Shown: positions 52,155-63,414 of the stretch, one piece after another
Layout of the letters: every line of letters starts with the position of its first letter
Numbering within the stretch: position 1 is the stretch's first letter
NCBI GenBank assembly: GCA_030141605.1
Contig: JAQGDQ010000117.1
Location: 372,001-436,000 of the forward strand
Reading direction: 5' to 3'
Length of the DNA: 64,000 nucleotides
Origin: Tubiluchus corallicola
Lineage: Eukaryota; Animalia; Priapulida
Program-made: the position numbers and the translations under genes
The notes under the pieces: generated by a model
The model's database searches: none
What the model saw: the letters and a program-made list of their open reading frames with translations, nothing else
Told to the model about the DNA's origin: nothing

Positions 52155-55100
52155 ATGAAACTTCTCGGATTGCTGCTGTGCTACTTGGTAAGACATTTTT
52201 TATTATTTTGTGCTCGCAGGTGTCTAGTACAGCAAAAAACATTCTTTTTTACGATTATCAGATGAAAAAGTACAATGACACACTTTCAACTCTAGTCAAA
52301 AATATTGTATACCAGCTAAAAAATCTTAGATTATTTATGATAATAGAATCAAATTTAATGCAAAACTTAACTCCGTTTGTATTAACTCACTTGCCAAATA
52401 CCAAAAGTTCTTCTGAGTGGGCTACATGACGCAGTATCACTTCCTGGATATTGTCTTCCTTTTTATTAATGAATATTTATTTGGCTGCGTTACAATTCAG
52501 CAAACGCTCTTGTTACTGTATATATGCGCAAGTCAAGCAGTATAGGAGTTAAGCTTGTCGTTTCAATGTACTTTTTCATCTGATATGTGCAATAAGAAAT
52601 TATTTTTGCGTTCAAATTGAAACTTTGACTAATGAAGGTTATACTGTCTATTGATCGTCACCATTTTGTTGTTTTTGCTGCATGGCTTGGCTGGCTAGTT
52701 GGTTGGTTCTTGGCTAATTGGCTTGGTAGTTAGTTAGTTGGTTACTTCATTCGTTCATTAAGTCACTCTTTCGCTCTTCGTTTTGTTTCTTTATTCGTTC
52801 ATTTGTAAGTATGCCAATTCATTCATTAACAGTATTAATGGTAAAGAGAATACATTGTTTAGGTAGGTGTGACCTTTGCGAGCTCTGACGACACACAGTT
52901 GCCGTATAACAAAGGAGAGCGCAGTTATATAGGATATATACCACCTCCACGTAAGCGCTTTAGTTTATATTCTATGAAATCCTATTATGCTTACAGTAAC
53001 CTTTTTCCGTCTCATCAATAATACTATTTTTAAATAACATTGAAGAGCAATTATAATACATCCCAAGCAATGAGCAAGTTAATAAAAATTTAATATTGGT
53101 GTGTTAAGAAACAAATAACGCAATCACACGAAATCATTATCTAACAGCTTGTTAGAATTATAATGAAATGGTTTTCAAATTTCACATCTTTTATTTTAGC
53201 TTCAAACAATCGTCATGGAAATTCAGGATATGGCAACAATGGTAACACAATGCTGCCATTTTCACGAGGCGAGAGCTCTTACGTTGGAAATGTCCCGCCT
53301 GGTCGTGGTAAATTGACAACTTTTATAGTCCTTTAATTTAATTTTCGCAAAATGCTAAAAACTTTTAGCGTAAATACTGTAATAATTTTGGCACTAAGGC
53401 AAATCTCGGATTAATGTTAGAAGCTACTCCCTAACATATTTACTTATTACTTTACTGGTAGAGTGATTTGTTTGGTAAATTTCAATTTATCTAATAAATC
53501 AATGTATAATGAAGTGCCTTTTAAAGGTAATATTAATATAATAAATGTTACTGAATATCATGAGCTAGAATGCACCAGGAATAAAATTATTCTAAATTTC
53601 ATCTTATATAATTTGCTTAATTTAGACGAGCGAAAAATGTTTTCAGATAATGCAGGAGGCAATTCTAATCAAAATCGAAGAAATGTGAAAACAGTAACAT
53701 CCATATATGATCCTGCCAAGAATACTGGTGATGGAGGTTATGGCGAACGTCGAAATCCTGATAGTGGTAACAATGGTAACAGTTTTACTGGTACCTTTGA
53801 CAACATTGATAATGATAACAATTTTCGCATCAGTGGCAACTTGAACAATGGCTATGGTGGTGACGATGGTTCTAGTTCAAGTTATGATGGGATGAATAAT
53901 TTCAATAGTGGCTTTGGCAACTCCAATAACGATTTTAATAATTTTAACAATGGTTATGATAACTCAGATAATGGTTATAGTAATTCCAATAGGGAAGTTG
54001 GTAATTTCAATAGCGATCACAGCAGTTTTAATAATGATATAGTTAATTTCAACAATGGCAATGATAACGCAAACATTGGTTATGGGAATACTAACAGGAG
54101 AACTGGTAGTTTAAATAGTGGTTACGTGAACTCCAACAATGATTTTGGTAATTCCAACAATGGTTATGGTAATTCCAACAGAGGAGTTGGTAATTTCAAT
54201 AGCGGTTATAGCAACTCCAACAATGATTTCGATAATATGGAAAATGATTACGATAACTCAGACAATGGTTATGGTAATTCTAACAGGAGAGTTGGTAATT
54301 CCAATAAGGGTTATGACAACTCCAACAACAATTTTCAAATGAATAACAATGGTTATGATAATTTCAACAATGGGTATGGCAACTCAAACAGGAGAGTTGA
54401 TAATTCCAATAGTGGTCATGACAACTCCAATAATAATTTTAGAATGGATAACAATGGTTATGATAATTTCAACAGTGGGTATGGTAATTCTAACAGAGGT
54501 TATGGTAATTCAGGTGATGGGTTTAGTAATTTCAATAATGAATATGATAAGACAGACAATGACAATTTCAACAGGGGATTTGACGATTCCAATAGCGGTT
54601 ATAGCAATTCCAACAATGGTTACGAAAATTTCAACAATGGGTATGATGACTCTAACAATGAATTTAGTCAGTCTAACAATGGATATGATAATTCCAATAG
54701 CGGTTACGGTGATTCCAACAATGGTTATGGTAATACCAACAACAACTTTGGTAATTCCAACAATGGCTATGGTAATACCAACAACAACTTTGGTAATTCC
54801 AACAATGGCTATGGTAGCGCCAACAACCACTTTGACAATTCCAACGAAGGTTACGGTAATACCAACAACTTTGACAATTCCAACAATGGCTATGGTAATA
54901 CCAACAGTAACTTTGGTAATTCGAACAATGGCAATCGTAATACCAATACTCTTGGAAATTTCGGAAACAGTAACTTTGGGAATAGCAACATTGGAAACCT
55001 TGGAAACAGTAATTTTGGCAACTTCGGTGGAACTTTTGGAAGCACCAGCTTAGGCGGTAACTTTGGAAATGGTAATTTTGGCGGCACCTTTGGTAATACT

Positions 55101-55232
55101 GGCTTTGGAAATGCAAATTTTGGAAATGTTGGTGGCAGTAATCCCAACGGTGCAGTCAGGAAAACTTCAAAGGGATATAATTCTGTTGTTAACTCATTTC
55201 AAAACACAAAAGGCCAAAGATACAATAGATAG
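52155..55232 (+). CDS. Unrecognised secreted Asn/Gly/Tyr/Asp-rich heptapeptide-repeat protein, ~604 aa, 4 coding exons
   Basis: Exons 52155-52187, 52863-52950, 53200-53307, 53647-55232 (an in-frame alternative acceptor at 53626 adds 7 aa). All GT-AG with consistent phases. Signal peptide MKLLGLLLCYLVGVTFA, two copies of a GExxY[IV]G motif, then a long repeat exon. AATAAA at 55564. Confidence 0.85.
53898..54938 (+). repeat. 21-bp coding tandem repeat, ~49 units (consensus peptide N-[SFT]-N-N-G-[YF]-[GD])
   Basis: 347 codons parse into 48 heptads, one hexad and one 5-aa interruption. Confidence 0.9.
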
Positions 55233-56504
55233 CGAGATAGTTTACACTGCTAACAAATAATATTACAACAACATGATGTATGAACGGCTGCCATTGTTGA
55301 AGATTTGTACCTGTGTCTTTTGTATATGTTCATGGCGTAGTCGATTTTATTTTATGTGAAATCAGAAACTAGTTTTCTGAAATGTTAAATTTCCATATAG
55401 ACCTAATATATAAGATTATACAATCGTTCATTTGTATTTTATAAATTATCAAAAGCATTTTCTAAAAAGAAATTCACATAAAATTGTTGTTTGCGTTTCT
55501 CTTACTTGGTCGTCTGCAAATGTAATTATAGTGTTTCGTTTAGTGCAGAACAAAACGTCGATAAATAAATTTACGTATTTTAAATGCTAAATGTCCAGCC
55601 TTTAATAATCTACTATTTTAAATGAAGAGGCGCGGTTCTTGTTGCTCAATATTAATTGATTCAAGCCGTTTCAACAAGCTATTATTTTCTTCGCTTTTCA
55701 CAGTTTAATCACAATTGAATTTGCCACCCATTAATTCTGCTGTTCTACTATAACTTGACGAGGTTCAATGATTTCGATTTCACGTGTGATAAGATCACCC
55801 TTGCGTTGCCGTGTTCCGGTTACAACAGCGGATGCAGGTCAGCGCTCATGTATGTAGGATTAAGGTCATTTTAAATTAAATGTGCTAATCAGTTGCACAG
55901 AGAATTTCACGAGTGAAATAGTCACAGAACTGCGTGCTTTTTCTAAATTTTTGTATGCGTACCTAAAAGTGATCACAGAAAAATACTTCTGACACAAGAA
56001 CTTACTCACATGCAAATTTTTGTTTAACCCATCATGTACAATCAGCTACGTTAAGTAGTTATAAATATAATAGATAAATACTATATAACCATATTTACAA
56101 AAAAGTGAAACGCATACCAACGCCCTTAAATGACTTTGCCTACTTGTATACCCTTTTATACTACAAGCAGGCAATGTGCACCCAAACGATAAATTAAATA
56201 CACAGCTAATTTATATGAATTTGATTTATCACAAATTGTTTGTTTGTAATTTTTATTACTAGTTACTGTTACCAATTAAAATTTCCAGTGCTCTCAAACA
56301 TACGAATGAAAATGTTCTTTATTCTGAGCGAGTATCATACAAAAATGACAGGTCTTTTTCGCCATAAAAGAAATATGGGTTATATTGAGATTTTGAGGGT
56401 TTTAGGTTAGTGAACATTTGGGCTGTGGGCACCAGACTAGTGTATCTTTTTATCAACACAAGTGCTGCAGAACGTGTTTGCCGCGGACACTGTACTGTTA
56501 CCGA

Positions 56505-56812
56505 CTTACCTACCAACCTACCAACCAACCAACCTACCTACCTACCTACCTACCTACACCTACCTACACCTACCTACCTATCTACCTACCTACCTACACC
56601 TACCTACCTACCTATCTACCTACCTACACCTACCTATCTACCTACCTACCTGCCTGCCTACCTACCTACCTACCTACACCTACCTACCTACACCTACCTA
56701 CCTATCTACCTACCTACCTACCTACCTACTTACCTACCTACCTACCTACCTACCTACCTACCTACCTACCTACCTACCTACCTACCTACCTACCTGCCTG
56801 CCTGCCTGCCTA
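56505..56812. repeat. (CCTA)n microsatellite, ~300 bp
   Basis: Long cctacctaccta array with ccaa/cctg/tcta variants. Confidence 0.97.
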
Positions 56813-57004
56813 CAACTGACAGAGTATCTGCTGCCCAACTATGTCAGTAGGTAGGTTAATAGGTAGATGGACAGTGGGCACTTGCGTTTGTTATAGGTAG
56901 GTAGAAATGTAGGTAAATATGTAAGAAGTTAGAATGACAGTGCTCGCCGCTGCAAATAGATTCTGCAAATATGTGCTAATTAAAACATTCAATGCCTAAG
57001 TATA

Positions 57005-57160
57005 CGCTACCCAAGTGTCCCGTTGCCCAAGTATCTGTTCCCCAACTGTCCACTGTTCCAGTATCACTGTCAAAACATCTGCTGCCAACTGTCCACTGCT
57101 GTCGCTGTCAAAGCGTCTGCTAGTCTACTGTTCACTGCTCAAATGTCCGCTGTCTAAATG
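57005..57160. repeat. Degenerate ~16-17-bp tandem repeat (tgtccactg / tctgctgcc cores)
   Basis: Recurring units adjacent to the CCTA array; probably the subterminal region of a transposon. Confidence 0.5.
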
Positions 57161-60100
57161 ACCATGATTGCTTTTCGGACCACATCACTAATGTAGTCCC
57201 AGGAAAACACACATCAGTCAGTCCTGGCTTTTCTCTTTTGTTTGAACTAGGGTCACTTGAGCTTCTGCATCACAGTTACTGCAGCCGCAGACACCACTGC
57301 CGCTGGTATGAGAGAATATTTTTGAATAGACAGTGTGTCCGCTAGCCATTAGCCATTACGTAGGCCTAAGAAAAAGTCCATGTGATTGTGACGATTATGA
57401 CAATGAAAGATGAGAACTAACAAAGATAGCTGCAAAACAGCGCAATGCAAAGAGCTAGCAAATCAAACTTATTCATTTTACCCAAAATTTCAAGGTTTTC
57501 ATTGTCAATTTGGGAGCTAGTATAAACGGAAGCTTAGTTAAATTTCCATTCGCAATTTCATTCACTTTAAAAAACATAAAGGAGACAGTAATACAGACTA
57601 ACAATCACAATTATGTTTGTAAATGCGTATGAAAACAGACGTGACACCTTAATTGACATGAATGATACTTGATTGTTGAGGTTTTACAGATCATCGCTGT
57701 TTCTTGCGTTAATTATTTATAGGCCTTACTTACTACTGAACCTAAGTTCTGCTCATAACTAGTCGGTTTACAGAGATTACTGGTTTTTTTTAATAATTGT
57801 CATTATATGATTGTAAAATTTATACAAAAATAAAAAGAGACCGTTTTGAACTCAATGTCATGCTATCGTGTGATGGTAACATGTGTTAGAAATAATTAAC
57901 ACCGTGTAAAAACACATTGTAATTGTTTTTACACGCTTTGCCACTATATGTCTGTGTTATGCAGCAGTGTACAATTGTAAATACTTTCAATACGTCCGCG
58001 ATGTTTCTGCTTGAGATCCCAGTATGAAAGGGAAACACCGGCTTACTCTAGTAAGACTAATTCGCAACAACCTTGAACTAGAGAGGAAATTTTGTGGGTC
58101 AGAATCAGCAGCAAGCAAGTACGCATGAATTCGGGATTAGTTCAAGCTCATTCAGAAGGAATCTTTGTAAGTAAGAGGCTGCATGGTCTACTTCCATACA
58201 AATTAACCTGTTTAATGAAAGTAAACACACTTTCCCTTTTATACGAGCATTATGTGCATATGGGGCACTAACGGATTTTACTATAAATGCTATTGTGTAG
58301 AGTGTAGCATAATCAAGAAAATTGAGGGATATTACTGCGATCAAATTCTTATCCATAGTCACAAGATCATTGCCATCGAATACATCACAAATATAAAGCG
58401 CGCTTTTTATTTTATTTACTTATCGCTTGCTTCATTTTGAATATTCACTTAGAGGCGCTAATTTAGTAATTGTAGATCTAATTAGCGGTTCCCATTAAGC
58501 ATTTATTTTAATAGAATCTCAATTGCGATGATGAATTCCTGATTAGAAACACTCCTCGAAAACAGATGCTGCTGTGTCCCAAAAGGATGCCAATGACCCA
58601 AAAATTCGTTCGTTAATTAATGAATAATTTTAGTTATTTGCAGAAAAGCGTCAAGCTCACCTCCAGTAAAACTTCCTGAGGTAATTTCACTCAGATTCAA
58701 ATTAATGCTTTCTGGTAATTTTATTATTACATAGCAACGAATGAAAAGAACTTTTAAAGCAAAGCGTAACTATGTCAAGGCAGATTTAGACTTCGATGAT
58801 AATCATTTGTCATAATTTATCATCTAAATTGAACGTTTTACACTATACGTGCAAGTAGGAATAATGGGAAAACATTTCTAACTTTTATTGGTAAATATTC
58901 GATCTATAAATTCAGCGTCCAAGTTCAATTCCACCTTTAATTACAATTTTGAGCTTATATTCTTGTTCTGTATAGTGAACAAATTGCACCTTTTGTGACA
59001 GCTAAATCATGTATTAAGGAAGATGGTGTGTACTGTGTAAATGGCCATGCACAATCGCATGAACTTTCTTTAAAAGCCAATAAGGTATACATGTTTCAGA
59101 TCCTGTTACGAGATTGCGCAATATGGTTTTGTAACATTTGTGACATATTACATTAAAGTGCTTAAAACACTAGTTTCGTAATTTACAGAAATTTTTGAAA
59201 CCAGTGCTTCATCCAGTTTAATTTGATATCTAAGTCAATAATTATCTGTCGGGCGACTCGATGGCAATCGATTTCCCTGAATGTTATACATTAAATTTCG
59301 AAAATAAAAGTTTAACTAAGCCTCTGATAGCAAGCAGCAACCCTCTTTGATACTTAATTGGAACAAAGGGACTTTTCTACACATTCTAAAAAGCTGTCAA
59401 AAGATGCTGTCACGGTATAACTACATACATTACATGTAGAGATCAGCAGCCTCAGCCTCATTCAGTAATACACAGTATTTGCTGTTTTATCCAATGTAAC
59501 AGTCAGTGACGGTATTATACCAACTAACATGATTCAAACAAATCAACGAATAACCTAATATAGTGTTAAAATATAATTCACAAATTATTCTTCTTCAGCT
59601 AGCAACTTTGTTTGAAATATGTCTTAATAAAGCCCGTACACATAGGGAGCAAAGATACCCAGATACTCCAACTTTGCTATACTGATATTTTAGAGTCGGG
59701 ACGTTCACGTAAACTTTTATGTATTGAAATGGGATTTTGTGGGTATATCAACACAGAAAACCGAATCAGGTTAAATCATTTGTACTGTAAATTACTTAAT
59801 TTATCTAAACATAATTTTCGGAAATTAGTTCAAAACGTAAGCAAAATTTCTCTACTGTCTTCATTTTCAATTTGCAGGCCAAAATATTCTTCTCGCGGTG
59901 TTCCTGGGATGACGTCCCACTCATCAAAATTATCAACTAGTCGTAATACAAATATTTAAAATTGAGGTTTATTGGTCCAGTTCATACAATTATAAACTAT
60001 GGGATTTTTTTATTACTAATTAAACTATATTTTATTCTAATATTGTGCTTCTAATATGTTCTTTTTCGCTCGTATTGCGAAATTACGAATGTTATGTTTG

Positions 60101-60848
60101 TAATATACATCTTCTATCATGACAGAAAGACAGTATAAGATTTATAGGCGTAGATTATGAGTGAACTTATTTTATAGTTTTAGTAAAACTTGTTTTAACA
60201 TTATCTTTTGTCAATAACACAGAAATAATTATTAATAATTTTTCTGCTTCCACAGACTGAAATGTCACGTTTATTCATTTATTTTCAGTGAGAATCTTCT
60301 ATTTCATATATCCGTCAAGTAGCTGTTTCTTCAATAAATTGGGAACAATAATTTCAAGACCGACTCTTTTCTTCCTTCGATGTCGAAAACTTCCGAACAA
60401 TGCAAACATATGAACTTGAAAAGTAAACAAGCTGGTGAAAGTTGGGTCATCAGTGGCGTAATTTACCGAAAATGGGCTATGCCACTTTCGTGGGCGTGAG
60501 TTGGCGTTTTAGATAAAAGTCGTAAGTCCGAGTTTGTTAGAAAATATATGATTTAGAATTATGATAACTTTAAGAAATGATAAAATAAAATTTATTATCA
60601 TCGTCTGTTGTTGCATTAAGTAATTTTAAATTGTTCGTTACGTTGAAAATATCGCACTTTTACCTCTGAAAATGCAACTGCTGCATCTTTTGCAAGCTTC
60701 ACGTGGTGGTCAACACCAACAGGTGCGCAGAATTATCGCAGCATCAGCGCATAGAAATGGGCCACTTTTCCGCCACTCAAGAGACGCAAACAATAAAAAC
60801 TTTGCATCTTCAAAGAAGCTGAATCCGTGTCACGGGAAGGATACGCTC

Positions 60849-60910
60849 TATATATAATTCAGGATGCAGAGACGAAAAGCCAACTTTCGATTTCTTCGTG
60901 GTCAGAGAAG
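60849..60910 (+). promoter_or_regulatory. TATA box and putative non-coding first exon of the Gly/His-rich gene
   Basis: tatatataa at 60849-60857; donor aag|gtact at 60911; acceptor ttttag at 61484 upstream of the ATG. Confidence 0.5.
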
Positions 60911-61513
60911 GTACTAATTTAGACGAGTGTGGCAAATAGTAGACTCGCGAATCATATCGTATTTTTTATTTTAAAGAAGCGTGCTTACCATTTTTTTAGT
61001 TTTTAGTTTTCGTCGGCTATTGTGTTAAAATGTGTTCCCTTATTACCGTAAAGTGTACAGAAAACTCAATCGTTGTTTTAATTCGAGTCCTTTACGTTAA
61101 ATTTACGAAATTATTGATAAAGGCAGAGTTAAATATTCTTGTACATATGCCGTTGCTTGTGTCAAAAATTGTTTTCTTTCAATAACATTCGTATTGAAAT
61201 CTAAAGGGTATGAGACAAACTGGAAATTGTGTGCTTACTTGTACAAACTATAGTGGCAGCTAGTCATCAGTGAATGATATTTAAGGTTACCCCATTCGTC
61301 ACTTTAAGCAAACGCAGTGATTGAATGTTTGAATGTCATCCATGTATTAATGATTATTTAAAACTGATATGGTCCGTACTGTCAGTTTTGAGTGACAATC
61401 GTGAACATGAGTACTATTTCAGGTCAAAACATAAAAAATATGTAAATTAAATTGATTAATGACCGTCTCTCTTTTTCATTTTAGTGATCTTCACCTACTC
61501 GAACGCAGGCAAG

Positions 61514-63140
61514 ATGAAGTGTGTTTTGGCTCTAGGAATTTTACTGGTAAGTATGTGTTTATGGTCTTATTATTACACTTGAGGAAAGTTTACTACGCGA
61601 TTAGCTCCCCTATGCGCTCTGTAGTTTTGCTGCTACGTACAACTTGTAAATACTATCGTTGTGCTAATTACGGTCTACGATGAAGTTTATGCTAACTTGT
61701 TTGACAAAGATTAGAAATAGTTATGTGACAATGTAACAGTACAAAATACTCCACACTGACATTAGTTAAATGATGTTTCTACAATGAAGGTGAACCGTTA
61801 TCAGCAGTTACCGTACTTTACCTTGTTTAGCAGCTTAACTGGGCTCTGACTATTCCGTGACCACAACAGAACAACAAAATAACATCTTGACGTGCGCGTG
61901 GCATGGGTAATGATTAGTTAAAGAAAGCAAATGTCGTCAAAGTATGTAATCAAAACCAGATGAATTGTTTGAGATATGGCTAATGGCAATAATTGTAACC
62001 CGCCAGCAATAACAATTAAATTAAAACTTGAGCACATGTATTTACTTTCAGGCTTTTATAGCATGCGCTTATGCAAGCTATGATGATGACATCAAATACC
62101 CCTGGACGCGGGGAGAAAGGCATTACATCGGTTACATTCCACCAGCCAGCGAATATGGACCACGTAAGTGAAACGGGTAGCTCTATTCACATGAATCACG
62201 CACACACGCACTGCAAGCGATCACTTACAGCAGCAGCACCGCACGCAAGCTTTCGCAGCATAATCACTCGCGGTGAAGCTGCGTAAGCCATAAAACCGAC
62301 AAACCTCTGAACAGTATACGCAATTGAGTTCATTTTGGTATTGTATGATCTAAGACATACTATTAGGCTAGCGAAAAACTGTATATTTTGTTTTGAAACT
62401 TTCAAATACAAAATAAACTAGTTTTAAAAAGCTACACGTACAATTTAAATTATACTATACTGTTAAATGCCACAGCGCTATGTATTTGTAGTTTTACTAA
62501 AATAAACTAAAAAAGCAACGCTACAGGCTCACTATGAGTCAAAACTTAAGTTTTTGCAATTTTGTAAAGCTTTTAAGTAGTAAAAAGCTCTTTCAAAATT
62601 GATAAACTTAAAAATGCAACAGCCAGCATACACCTGAGCTCCAAAAAAAGAACATGCTTTGACTTGTTAACTCAGAGCATAATCTTTTTTTGGGTAAAAA
62701 TTTTGCAGTTTCGAAATGCTTTTATGTAACATCTATTGAAATGAAATTTTATATCACTGCTAAAAATTCGTAATGAATGGGCCTAGTGATCATCTGTTCT
62801 GAAGCTCCAAAAAGGACCTTTGACGTACGAAGATTGAAGTTGTCTTACTTTGGAGCCAAACACTACAGTTGATTAAAATAAGCATGTCACGTTGGTGGCA
62901 TTGCCACTATTGCACATGCATTTATCACCATTGCATCACCAAGCAATTCACTGCTTATTGCACTGCCTCACTGCTGCACTTTTTTATTTTCTTACAGCAC
63001 CATTTCATCGATTTGGTGGACGCGGGGGATTTGGAGGACACGGGGGTTTCGGAGGACGTGGATTCGGAGGACATGGGTTCGGAGGACATGGTGGTGGGCA
63101 TGGGGGATTTGGGGGGCACGGTGGTGGATATGGTCGGTAA
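61514..63140 (+). CDS. Unrecognised secreted Gly/His/Phe-rich protein, isoform A (95 aa)
   Basis: Exons 61514-61546, 62052-62163, 62998-63140: MKCVLALGILL|AFIACAYASYDDDIKYPWTRGERHYIGYIPPASEYGP|PPFHRFGGRGGFGGHGGFGGRGFGGHGFGGHGGGHGGFGGHGGGYGR*. Canonical splice sites and a clear signal peptide. Confidence 0.85.
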
Positions 63141-63165
63141 ACACTATTTTAATATCACTTTCCAG

Positions 63166-63389
63166 CACGAAATCAAGGTGGTGGTGGACATGGTGGCGGC
63201 AGCAGTGGTGGTGGACATGGTGGCGGTGGACACGGCAGCAGCGGTGGAGGATATGGTGGCAGCAGCGGCGGCCATGGTGGCGGTAGTGGAGGATATGGCG
63301 GTAGCAGCGGTGGTGGAGGACATGGTGGTAGCAGTTGTTGCCCCTGCAGCGGCGGAGGATATGGTGGCAGCAGTGGTGGTGGACATTAA
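63166..63389 (+). CDS. Alternative terminal coding module B (Gly/Ser/His-rich with CCPC); 122-aa isoform
   Basis: Acceptor ctttccag at 63165 is in phase with the 62163 donor: (P)RNQGGGGHGGGSSGGGHGGGGHGSSGGGYGGSSGGHGGGSGGYGGSSGGGGHGGSSCCPCSGGGYGGSSGGGH*. Confidence 0.7.
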
Positions 63390-63414
63390 AATGTATTTTT
63401 AATATAACTTCCAG

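Noticed and set aside
53463-53646. N-terminal 61 aa of the 589-aa ORF
   Set aside because: AT-rich intron sequence upstream of the acceptors at 53625/53646; the real N-terminus comes from upstream exons.
54139-55260. Alternative-frame and antisense ORFs (MVMVIPT..., VVGIT..., PKLP...) over the Asn-rich exon
   Set aside because: Shadows of the repetitive Asn/Gly reading frame, which is the one joined to a signal peptide by in-phase splicing.
56410-56854. Three overlapping ORFs rich in LPTY repeats
   Set aside because: Translations of the (CCTA)n microsatellite; stop-free only because of the repeat.
63133-63165. 33-nt intron (gtcggt...ccag), and a similar 36-nt one at ~63379-63414, that would fuse modules A, B and C
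   Set aside because: Far shorter than other introns in this window, the second donor (gtggac) is poor, and each module has a clean stop. Disfavoured but not excluded without RNA data.
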